Below, one piece after another: positions 1 to 10,698 of a stretch of 62,287 nucleotides of DNA. The stretch is from NCBI GenBank assembly GCA_020184695.1, contig JAANOX010000182.1, positions 1 to 62,287 of the forward strand. Direction: 5' to 3'. Both the position numbers and the translations under genes were made by a program. Source of the stretch: Histomonas meleagridis 2922-C6/04-290x (Eukaryota > Protista > Parabasalia). Numbering within the stretch: position 1 is the first letter of the stretch; the number at the start of each line of letters is the position of its first letter. The notes under the pieces are model-generated. The model saw nothing but the letters and a program-made list of their open reading frames with translations, did not search any database and was not told the DNA's origin.

Positions 1-1560
1 GATGCAAAAGGTCGAGGGCTTCTTCGTTCAGCATCTGATCGAACCCAGCCCGCCGGTGGCTTGACGCGGATTGTATCAAGATCTGCTGTCGATTCTTGCG
101 AATGGTTCCAATCTTCAATAGATACAATACACTAAAATATTCATGTCTTACGCTTGATAAATGGATACTGTTATCGTGAACCGGGTTCACAACTTGCATG
201 ATTTCACCTCATTCGAATAATTATGATGCGACGAATCTTCGTCATTCGCCCAACAAACTTGTAATAAACATTCGCCAACGTTTGATTTACTTTGCTCATC
301 TATATTGAATAACAAATTTTCCTCTGTACTTTTAATAATTTTCACCTCCGGTTATCATTCCATCAAATTCCTTCAATTTCACTTGATTATTATCTTTTCA
401 CTGACACAATTGTTTTATGCTATTAGTAGCATCTGCATCTTTTTGTTCAAGTTTAAGTCTAATTTGGGTTACTAGTATCCACATTGGTAACTGATCTCTT
501 GCATATTCTCTTCAGGCTCCGAGATAATTAAAAGTTGAATTGTTGATTACTCAATGTTTGTATCTATGATATTTTATTATGAATATGATCATATCAGTCG
601 TCGTATCGATATTGTAATTGTTGATTCCCAGAATAGCCTGTGGCAAACTTTGAATAAGTAAATAAACAGCTTGACGCAGGAATGATTCGTTATTGGCTGC
701 TTTCCAGTTGGGATGAAAGGTACACAAAGAAAGCTGTATTTGAAATTGCATCCTTTGAGCATGAATCTCGATGAAGTTTAATCATTATTACTACAAACAG
801 ATTTGTATTATTTAATATTTGTTTGATTTCACACCCATGAATACCCACTACAAATTCAAAACCATCTGTTGGACATAATTCCGGGACAGGCACTATCGCA
901 CAGTTGAACTGATTGTTGTTAGGCTTGACTGAAAATTTCGAAATTCGAAGATGCATTTTGCCCTATTGACAAATTGTTCATTGAAATGCTTTGATATAGC
1001 ACGTTATTGCATGTGTAATAATATGGAAAAATAATTGATAATTGTTTTCATGCATCATTGATGTAACTGAAATGAATTTGTGATTCTGATCAATGGCGAT
1101 TTTTTGTACCGGTATTGCCGAAGTAATCGATTCACCACGTTGTATACTTACCGATCAATAATACGATAACAACACTTTGTAGTTCAAGTCCTCAATAAAA
1201 TTTTCATTGCTGCCCACAGGTTTTAGGTTCAATGCTATAGGGTTTGAACTATTGGCATGGGTTAAGAAACTCACCTCACCCAGCATCAATCACTGAAATT
1301 AAAGGAAACAAAAATTCCTCTGAGTCTCTCTATTATACAAAGCCTTTTCTCAGTGTGTTTCCTTGAGCAAATGACAATGAGCCTGAATGCTTGATTGCTT
1401 TGGCCCAGCTGAATACACATCCTGGTCGAAATCATACATTTGAGGATTTCTTACGTAGCATTACTGATAGACGCAGACTCAGTGACAAAGAGTAGAATGA
1501 ACATCTATATTTTTGAAATGCTAAGTTGAAACATAGACATGCTTGTGTTGTGTTGGAAGC
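1..1560 (-). pseudogene. Heavily degraded inverted copy of the hAT-like transposase remnant at 1725-3389
   Basis: The reverse complement matches the + copy colinearly. Examples: CCAACACAACACAAGCATGTCTAT near 1535-1558 vs CCAACACAACACAAACATGTCTAT near 1745-1768; CCTCAAATGTATGATTTC...GGATGTGTATTCAGCTGGGCCAAAG; AAATCAAACAAATATTAAATAATACAAATCTGTTT; CCATTCGCAAGAATCG near 85-100 vs ~3235. Many small deletions; no long ORF. Confidence 0.8.
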
Positions 1561-1724
1561 AGACGCACAAATCTCATTTTGTATGAACATTTAGTTTCAC
1601 CCTTGTTATGATATTTGGTATGTTCATTGGTAATGGAGCATGCTATCAATTCTGACAGCATACTCATTACCAATGTAGACATACCAAAAATATCTATGGC
1701 AAAGTTATTCAATGTTCATACAAA

Positions 1725-3389
1725 ATGAGGACTGATCGTCCCAAGCCAACACAACACAAACATGTCTATGATTTTCCGCTTGAAAATTATTTTGGCATAA
1801 CGAAAATTTCCAAAAATATAGATGTTCATTTCTACTCTTTAATCGCAAGTCTAGATCTATCAATCAATGCTGCATCAAGTCCTCAAATGTATGATTTCAT
1901 TAGGATGTGTATTCAGCTGGGCCAAAGTAATCCAAACGCAGCATCTCGAATCATTATTTTCATTTAACTCAAGAAAGCACACTGAGACTTGCCAATATGA
2001 GAAATTACAGGACTATAAAGATGTTGTTATCAATATTATTGATCAATTAGAATTATACAACGTCTCAATTGGATCGATTACTTCGGACAACCTACCAGTA
2101 CAAAAATCAGCCATTGATCCAGAATCACAAAATTCATTTCAGTTTACATCAATGATGCATGAAAACAATTATCCAATTATTTTTTTCCCATGTATTGCAC
2201 ATACAATAGCATTATATATCAAAAACACATTTCAATGAGACAATTTGTCAATGATTCAAAATTATATTTCAGAGATTTTCAGAAATTTTTCGATCCAAAC
2301 CTGTTTAACAATCAGTTCAACAATGCGATAAGTATGTCCCGGATTATGTCCAACAAGATGGTTTAATACATTTGAGATTTGTGAATGGGGTATTCGTAAG
2401 ATTGGTAAAATCAAACAAATATTAAATAATACAAATCTGTTTAATAGTAATAATGATTTAAGCTTCATCAAGTTCATGCTCAAAGTTGTAATTTCAAATA
2501 CAACTCTTTTATTATTACCTTTCATGCAACTGGAAAAACAATTGTAGCAGATCATTTCCTGCGTCAAACATTTATTTACTTATTCAAAGTTTGCCTGATT
2601 TTTATTCTGAAATCAATAATTATAATAATGATACGACATTTGATTATGATCATATTCATAATAAAATTATCATAAGATTGCAAACGACAGGTAATTATCA
2701 ATTAATTCAACTTTTATTCTATCTCACGTTACAAGGAAGAGAATATGCAAAAGAAGTCGAAGTTGCCCAAAGAAATGTGGATACTAGTAACTTAAATTAA
2801 AGACTTAAACTTGAACAAAAAGACAAGATGCTACTTAATAGCATAAAACAATTTAATGATCAATTAGAAAAAGATAATAATCAAATTGAAATTGAGAGGA
2901 ATCAGTATTTGATGGAATGATAACCGGAGGTGAAATTGAATATATTAAAGTACAAGAGAAGAAGAAGAAGAAGAATTTGATTATTCTGCTGTACTAGATG
3001 AAAACATAGTAAATTCAAACGTTGAAGCAGATGTTTTATTACAAAAGTTTGTTGGAGCAGCGAGCGAGAAGATTCGTCACATGCATAATTATTCAGATGA
3101 AGATATCGAAAAAGTATCATGCAAGTTTATTGATTGGTTCACATTGAGTGGCCAACAGTATCCATTTTATCCAAGCAGTAAGACTTCGTCTTATGGATAT
3201 TTTAGTGTATTGTATACAATTGAAGATTGGAGACCATTCGCAAGAATCGGACAGCAGATCTTATTGATACAATCCATTCAAGCCGCAGCAGAACGAGCAT
3301 TTTCGAGGCTTCAAAAGGTTCGATCAGATCTTAGAACAAGAACAGAAAAAGCCCTCGATAAAACAAAACCTTTTTTTTCTAGTTTCTGA
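1725..3389 (+). mobile_element. hAT-superfamily DNA transposase pseudogene (several frameshifts and stops)
   Basis: Fragments in different frames carry hAT motifs in order: ITSDNL (acidic catalytic region), CIAHT (CxxH), CPTRWFN (TRW) and AAERAFS (C-terminal dimerisation motif). Confidence 0.75.
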
Positions 3390-3866
3390 AATCGCCGTTT
3401 TTTTCTGCTTTGATCATCTTCACTGGCAGAGTTATTCATAAAAACCGTTTATTTAAACGTGTTCCATAACCGCTTCTATCCTTTTTTTCAAGCAAGAATT
3501 TTTTTCCTCCCAAATGTCATTTTTTTTCTCCCGTTGACAACCCTTATACTATATATAAATTTTTGAAACATTTGTTATAATCATAAAATCGCAGATCGTT
3601 AAATGTTACTTTTTTTCTGTGTTCTATATGATGGCTATACAATATTTAGTAAATTGGTAGTTGATATTTTTGAAAAATATAAGATATATATATATATCAA
3701 AATTCATGTTTCCAATTTTTTCTAACCGTAAAAGTGGTCTGTAAATGTCATTTCACCCAATTATTTATAAGTAAAGTTAAGAAAAATTCGAGAACTTAAC
3801 GGTCATTTACGACTTGAAGGGCCCCTAGGGTCCTCGGGATCGTCCCGACCGCATTACGTACCTACC

Positions 3867-5211
3867 TTGAATCAAAACGAAATTTTTAATTTTGAATATC
3901 AACTACCTTGGAGAAGCCCAATAGTTATTCCATTACCAAAACCAAAAAAGCCAATGGACATAGAAAAATTATTTTCAGAAGTTAATCATGAATGGAAACA
4001 ACAAAAAAAAAACATTCAAAAACTCACAAATTTTGCTAAGCAAATATCATTCATTGCTGCCAAATCTCTTTTATTATTTTCTCCATTTTACCAAAAGTAT
4101 AGTGTATCTGATTTCATTGTCGATTTTATTAAAAATTGTCCGAATGAACAACAAATATTTCAAGTAAAAGTAGAGTTGGTATATCTTCAGCAATACTAAA
4201 CTAGTTGCTGAAGAACTTTTATCAAAAAATATTATAAATTCAATTTTTACTTTATTCAACTCAACAGAAACGCATAACTTCAGCTCAATCATAGAATGCT
4301 TCATATCAATATCATCTTTTAGCCAACAAGCAGCTTGCGCAGTCTTGAGTTTGTTTACGCCTGATAAATTTCAGATGCTAATGGAGATTGATAATTTTAA
4401 TTCACAAATTATTTTTTCGATTTCTAAGCTTGTTCGAATATTTTGTTTACTACAAAATTGTAATGCAATGTGTGAGTTAATTTTCCAATCTATTTCATTC
4501 CATTGGAGTAACGCAACGATTTTTCAATTTGATTATTTAAACTCTCTTTTGCTATTGTTTGATATTTTAAATGAAGAGTGGATAAATTTTGTTTTGAACT
4601 ATGAGCTGGTAGAAAAAATTTGTTCTTCTTTTTCTTCTCCAAATTCCAAAATTTCGCTTCTTTCACTTCAGTGTATTGAAAATATTATCGGTTTTAACAA
4701 ATTCATTGAATTTGATTACGAACGTTTATTTCAGCTTTTTTCTGTTGATTCAACCAAAATATTTCAGTTTATACTAAATGTATCTCATATATTCCCTGAC
4801 TATACTAATGCGTTCATCAAGTTCGGATTGTTTGAGATAGAAAACTTAAGATATTCTCAATTTTCATATTCTCAAAAAAAAGATTATCTTACGTGTATAA
4901 CGATTATAATAAATGAAGCAAACGACAATTGTATACTTGAAGGTGCAGTTCAAAATAACTTAATTACATACATAGTGGAATTTATGGATGTCGAAAATGA
5001 AGAAATCTATGAACAGTTTTTGTGCACTATCCAGAAGATCTTGTGTTCGCAACAAAATCCTTTGTTCCATGATATGGCAGTCGACCAGTTTGTCACAGCA
5101 GATGGAATTGAAATGCTTCAAACCATCAAAGAAACTCAAAGTGGGACCATATATGATTTATGTGAATGCATTCATGGAATAGTTGTCGCACATGATGCCT
5201 GTGGACAATAA
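3867..5211 (+). CDS. ARM/HEAT-like helical repeat protein, split by one frame change near 4150-4205 (start uncertain)
   Basis: ORFs 3867-4199 and 4345-5211. The second frame is open upstream to about 4174 (SWYIFSNTKLVAEELLSKNII) and overlaps the first. Leucine-rich helical composition. Confidence 0.5.
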
Positions 5212-5490
5212 AATTTTTATGTTTTTACGAATTTTTTCTTTGCATAATAATTAAATTTGATTTCACTTGACTCTACAAACATTCAATGTAAGTATGTTTT
5301 TCATACTTTATTTCTAGTAAAATAAATAATTTCATAAATAATTATTTATAAAAGATTTATTAAAAAAATTTATTGATTATAAATTCATAAGTTAAAAGTA
5401 AATGGTAGATTAAACGGTTTCGTTATGAATTTGTCACTTTTAAAAATAAACTTTAGTCAATTTTTTAACAGTGATGTTAATTTCATTTGA

Positions 5491-6546
5491 ATGACGAAAT
5501 ACGAAGCAGTTGTTTCTTCATATGCAGGCATGAAATCATGCTGTCGTCACATATCTGCAATACCTTCCATATCAGATAAAACAATGTTTGCTGTTGGATC
5601 AGCAATTGTTGGAAAAAGTAATCAAATTCAAATTCTTGAATATAATGAAATTAAAGCATCTATCCAATGCACCCAAACTCTTGATTATCCAGATGAAATT
5701 TGGTGGATTGAATGTCATCCCACTGAATCAAATATTTTTTCAATCATTTCCTCAAAGCCACGTGAAAAAAATGCAAACATCTGTAAAATTCCATCATCTT
5801 CACCAGGTGGATCGAGCACACACCAAGAAACAGAAATCCTTACAACTTTTACTTTAACTGATCCCACACCACAGCGTATCTTTTATTTGCCATCAGACTC
5901 TAAAAAATGTGTTATTTCTACCAACACTACCATTAATCTTTTTGATATTGAAGATCCAACAAAATCAATTTCCACCATAACTGATAATGAAATTAAAGGA
6001 ACCAGTATCGATCAGATCCACGAAGGTATTGTTGCAGGTTGCTGTGGTTCTTCGATAAAGTTATGGGATCTTCGTGCTGGCTCAGTCGTACATCAAATTG
6101 ACAACGCACATTCACCAACCGCCCTCGACGTATCGTTCAACGATAACAAACAGTGGTGGATCTGCACTGGCGGTTATGACGGTTATATCCGTTGCTGGGA
6201 CTCTAGAGTCGGAAAAGCTGAATGTGAATTTCGAGCTAGTAGTCATTGGGTCACAAGAACAATACCATCAGTGTCACATGAACAGTTAATATTAACTGCT
6301 GGAACAGATTCAAAGGTTCGTATCTTTAATTCAAGTGTATTTGCATTTCAAAATGAAGGGCAACTACCAGATGGCGAAATTATCAAGTCAATAAGACATG
6401 ATGATTCGGTGTATTGCGCAACATGGGCTTCAAATAATCCATGGATATTCGCATCTGTAAGTTACAAAGGACAGGTGAATATTTGCCAACTTCCAAGCCA
6501 GGTGGTTGACTCTATCTTAATAGGAGAAGATGACCTGTCGTTGTAA
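5491..6546 (+). CDS. WD40 protein, EIPR1/TSSC1-like
   Basis: 351 aa with WD repeats (IKLWDLR, IRCWDSR, ASSHWV, HDDSVYCATWASNNPWIFASVSYKG). The C-terminal motif is typical of the TSSC1/RBBP4 group. Confidence 0.75.
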   Translation: MTKYEAVVSSYAGMKSCCRHISAIPSISDKTMFAVGSAIVGKSNQIQILEYNEIKASIQCTQTLDYPDEIWWIECHPTESNIFSIISSKPREKNANICKIPSSSPGGSSTHQETEILTTFTLTDPTPQRIFYLPSDSKKCVISTNTTINLFDIEDPTKSISTITDNEIKGTSIDQIHEGIVAGCCGSSIKLWDLRAGSVVHQIDNAHSPTALDVSFNDNKQWWICTGGYDGYIRCWDSRVGKAECEFRASSHWVTRTIPSVSHEQLILTAGTDSKVRIFNSSVFAFQNEGQLPDGEIIKSIRHDDSVYCATWASNNPWIFASVSYKGQVNICQLPSQVVDSILIGEDDLSL

Positions 6547-6926
6547 GAGTAAAATCGTCTATACTTCAAATTTCTTTGATTCCATATGGATAATTCTTGT
6601 TCAAAATTTCAAATTTTCTTGTCCTATAACAGATTCTTTTGCAATTAAGATTAACGAAAAAAAACAATTAATTTTTAATATTTATTAATTTTATTATAAT
6701 GTGTGAAATTTAATTATTGAGTTATTATTATCAAACCCGATATTTAATGGAACAAATAAATATGCTTCGGATTAATATCAATTCATTCTTGTTCAAAAAG
6801 CTTTAAAACAGCATTATTTAACAACTGAAATGAATATGATCCAATTGTTGAAAAAAAAATCTGTTGGAATCTCAGAGCATTTTTACTAAAAATTTTTTCC
6901 AAACAAAGCTATTCAAATTCCAAATA

Positions 6927-7754
6927 ATGAACAAAACAAATAAAAGCGCAGATGACTCGATTTCTGCAAATATGCTTCACAAAAATTATCACGTTGCATT
7001 AGTTTTACTCGTACAGCTTCAAAAAGAAAACCAAAAATTAAGCGAAAAAAATCAAATTCAATATCTTGAATGCCTTTATCAAACAAAGAGATATATAGAA
7101 TGTCTTGAATATTCTAAGAGGTTTTCTGATGCTGGAAACAATCGAAAAGAACTTATGTTCTTGCGCGGCCTTTCCTATTATAAACTATCCCAATATCAAA
7201 ATGCCCTCCAAATATTTGAGAAATATTCCGAATGGTCTAGGTGGGAAGAAAAATGTCAGTTTATGTTGAATCTTAATAAAAACACAGAAAGAATTATTCA
7301 AATTGGAGAACCTCAAGTTATTCCAGATCCTAACACAGTTAATATAGAAATGTATCAATCGAATTCTGTTGTTACTGTAACACTTTTGATCAAAGGACTT
7401 ATAATTGATCAATTAAAAATAACACCGCTTCCATATTCACTTGATATTGTAATAGATTATGGTCATAAAAAGTTCACAAAATCACTAGAACTATATGATG
7501 AGATTATCCCGAAAAGTATGGAGCTAAACTTAACACCCAAAAAACTTGAGATTAAATTGGAAAAAGTTCATTACACAAAATGGCCAACACTTGAAAAAGC
7601 AGAATCTGATATCATTGGCGATACCAATGTTTCACTTAATGAACTGATCAAGGAGTTAGATATAATTCCAAATTATACAGATGAAGAAGCTTCAAATTTA
7701 TTTGAACAATCTCAGAGCGAACTTAAGCAAAGCATCAAGCAAATGACAAAATAA
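6927..7754 (+). CDS. SGT1-like co-chaperone (TPR plus CS domain)
   Basis: TPR-like segment (LMFLRGLSYYKLSQYQNALQIFE) and CS domain (MYQSNSVVTVTLLIKG ... LYDEIIP ... KLEIKLEKVHYTKWPTLEK). First ATG at 6927. Confidence 0.7.
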   Translation: MNKTNKSADDSISANMLHKNYHVALVLLVQLQKENQKLSEKNQIQYLECLYQTKRYIECLEYSKRFSDAGNNRKELMFLRGLSYYKLSQYQNALQIFEKYSEWSRWEEKCQFMLNLNKNTERIIQIGEPQVIPDPNTVNIEMYQSNSVVTVTLLIKGLIIDQLKITPLPYSLDIVIDYGHKKFTKSLELYDEIIPKSMELNLTPKKLEIKLEKVHYTKWPTLEKAESDIIGDTNVSLNELIKELDIIPNYTDEEASNLFEQSQSELKQSIKQMTK

Positions 7755-8153
7755 ACTATTCTTTAATGAATAAAATAAAATCAATAAATTTTTTGATTAA
7801 AATTAAAAAAAATCAAAAGCTGTATTGAATAGTGCTATGCTATGCCATGTGTTTCTTCATTTTTGCTTGATGACATTGTTTTGGCAGGAAAAACTCATTC
7901 GCTCGAAGCTTATTCAAAAATCCCAAATTCTGGATTTTCAACGCGACTATGAAATTTTTCAGTATAAAACGAAGTTATTGTCAGTAAGTTTTGAATGAGA
8001 CCTGTAAATCAAAATTCAGCTTGTCAAATAATTTTTTATCTATAAATAAAGCCTTAATGAGCTCAACAATTATAAAAAAAGAAAATCAAGTGACGGGGTT
8101 TTTTTAGACTAAGTGTAGTGAAGTTATCCATAACAAAATCAGGAAAAATTTGA

Positions 8154-8372
8154 TCAATTTGCCACTTCCATAGTGTTGAATTCATTTAAAAATGACGCCT
8201 TTGGAGATGATTCTTCTTGACTGTTTAAGAAATCAAGTGGTTTTCTGTAATTATTTTGATTTGAATTATTACTCATTGCCCATTCAGCAGAATCCCAGAG
8301 GTACTTTTCGCTTCTCCTTCGGTGGTTGAGTGAGATTCTCACTGGTTCAGATCTTCGACGCGGTCCTTCCAT
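8154..8372 (-). CDS. Small endosulfine/ARPP19-like protein
   Basis: 72 aa with an ATG start. KYLWDSAEWAM resembles the endosulfine core KYFDSGDY/ADW. Confidence 0.5.
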   Translation of the reverse strand: MEGPRRRSEPVRISLNHRRRSEKYLWDSAEWAMSNNSNQNNYRKPLDFLNSQEESSPKASFLNEFNTMEVAN

Positions 8373-8710
8373 TCCCTCTAAAGAAATTGAATAAATGACG
8401 CAAACTGTTTGAAAAGTTAACTTTTCAATTAATTTCAGCGCAATACAAAAAAATATTTAATCGCAATATGACAAATTTTCAATTGAAAACACTCGGTTTT
8501 GTATTCTAAAAATTTTCAGTTTTGTGATTAATTCGGTTGTAAAAAGTATTCAAAAAGTAGATTCGGTTAGAGGGAAAAGTGTTTTCAGAACATGCGATAA
8601 ACCATTTTGTGCAAAAAACAAGAATCGCGAATATATATATCGAAACATAATGTTTTTTATGAATATAACAGTAAATATTTTTAATATCAAACATAATTTT
8701 GATGAATTGA

Positions 8711-10252
8711 TTAGATTTTTGCAAACTCTTCAATAAGTGCAATAACACTAGATTTCCTATCAGAATCTTCTTCTGAATTATCAAGGATTTCATACATCCT
8801 CTTTTCGATATCTTCTAACATTTGAATCTTTCTCTTAAGATTCTTCTTAGCACCTGAAGACTTAATATGACATAAATCATTAGGTTGAAGGTAGCGAAGT
8901 GCCGGTATTGAGTCGGCCTTAATCTGAATCCACCCTGTGAAAGGTGGAGGATTATATTGAATCATATCTGGGGTGCCCTGAAACGTTTTTCCGTTGTATT
9001 CAAAAGTCCAGTTTAAACCGCTTTGGTGCCTCAAAATAACTGTTTCATCTTGGTTAACGGTCACCCCATCTTGAGTGACCGTTTGCTTGAGTTTGCCTTC
9101 GAAAGTTTCAAGGTGACAAGGCTCATCAAGAAATATAAAACGCCAATTTTCAAATATGATCTGGGATATTGTTTGGACTGTTTTCGTGAATGAAAGAAGA
9201 GCAGTTCCTTTTTCATCCACTCTTACAAAATTTGGTCCGATGCAGATGGCAAGGCTCTTTAGATTCATCTGGTTGTCCGGGTTATCTGCAATTTTGTTCA
9301 TATGTTCGGAAAGAGCTCTTAACAAATGGATATGTGCAATCGGAAGAGATTGAACAAAAACTTTCAAAAGCTTAACAGTCTCAAGGTCATTATGGTTAAC
9401 AATAGAATGGATATCTTGAACCAGATATGATGGGAAAATTGGTTCATGAATTGATCGAATATATTGTTTCACAACGCAAGCCAACTCATGAACTTTTTGC
9501 TTCTCCAGGAAGCTACATAGCTCTTCCCTGTCGTTGGTTTCTTCTATTTTTTGGATAATTTTTTCAATTAACTCATAATCACCAGATTTACGATAAACAC
9601 CAACAGCGCCACAATCCCTTTCAACAAGCTCCAGGAGCTTCCCGAAGAAGAATGGGATCTTTCCATCTGCGCTATCTCGCGCTAAACCATTAATTATATT
9701 TCCTTTAAAAATTGATGTTTTTGTTGGAAGAAGTTCTCGTCGAAGAGTTAAAACAGGAACATCACCAAGTTCAGTAAAAACAGTTGAAATTGGCTTTGTT
9801 TTGTCAATTGGCTCATATCCATTATAAATGACTTTTTCTTCATCTGTCCAATTTGCAGTTGCAATATGTCGACCGCGAACTCTTTTCACTGTTTCTTGAA
9901 TAATTGTACTAACAACCTGAATCGGATCGCAATAAATAATTGTTTGAAAATGTAAAAATGTTACCTTAACTGCTCTTGGATCTTTATGTCGAAATTCAAG
10001 AACTGGTTGAATATTAGGAGGAGCTAAACTTTTGCTATACTCTGAAACTAGAAGGTCTGGAAGAAGCCACATATTGTATGGCTTTGTAAAAATACCATAA
10101 AGTTCTTTATCTGAAATAAAATCATCACCTAAAAATTTTAAGGATTCTTCAATTAGATCACTGACACGCATTTTGTTTGTTACTTGAATTTCAAGATAGT
10201 TAATATTTTCAAGTCTGAATGGGAAATGTATCGTAACGCATGAAACAGCCAT
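8711..10252 (-). CDS. RhoGAP-domain protein with an N-terminal ubiquitin-like/FERM-like region
   Basis: GVYRKSG arginine finger, VHELACVVKQYIRSIHEP, NQMNLKSLAICIGPNF. Confidence 0.9.
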   Translation of the reverse strand: MAVSCVTIHFPFRLENINYLEIQVTNKMRVSDLIEESLKFLGDDFISDKELYGIFTKPYNMWLLPDLLVSEYSKSLAPPNIQPVLEFRHKDPRAVKVTFLHFQTIIYCDPIQVVSTIIQETVKRVRGRHIATANWTDEEKVIYNGYEPIDKTKPISTVFTELGDVPVLTLRRELLPTKTSIFKGNIINGLARDSADGKIPFFFGKLLELVERDCGAVGVYRKSGDYELIEKIIQKIEETNDREELCSFLEKQKVHELACVVKQYIRSIHEPIFPSYLVQDIHSIVNHNDLETVKLLKVFVQSLPIAHIHLLRALSEHMNKIADNPDNQMNLKSLAICIGPNFVRVDEKGTALLSFTKTVQTISQIIFENWRFIFLDEPCHLETFEGKLKQTVTQDGVTVNQDETVILRHQSGLNWTFEYNGKTFQGTPDMIQYNPPPFTGWIQIKADSIPALRYLQPNDLCHIKSSGAKKNLKRKIQMLEDIEKRMYEILDNSEEDSDRKSSVIALIEEFAKI

Positions 10253-10698
10253 AAAACTTTGATTTCAGATCACATGACAAAAATTATAAAGTACTTAATT
10301 TGAATTCGATAAAATTTTATCATTATTTTATTTTTATCGCTATTAAATATTTATAAAAATTGCATTACTGTCTTGCAAAATATATGATATATTCGGGTTC
10401 TATTGAAAGATATTAAAAAATTCATATAAAACATTTTTTAAAAATTTAATATTGATTTCATTATTTATTAATCAAACTGTAATTAATATGTTTTAGTAAA
10501 GATTGATTTTTGAATATCGCGAGTAAAATCTATAATTGTTAGTTAAAATATTTTAACTCTATAAAATATTGCTATATAATTGTTGGATTATTAACATTTT
10601 TAGGTATTATCATTGCATCAATAAAAAATTTGTTTTTTAACATTTATAAATAAATTCGAATTATTAACCAAAAATAATTTATATTTATATAACATTAT

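Noticed and set aside
5288-5317. GTAAGTATGT...TTTCTAG intron-like segment
   Set aside because: Intergenic, no branch motif, and no exons that it would join.
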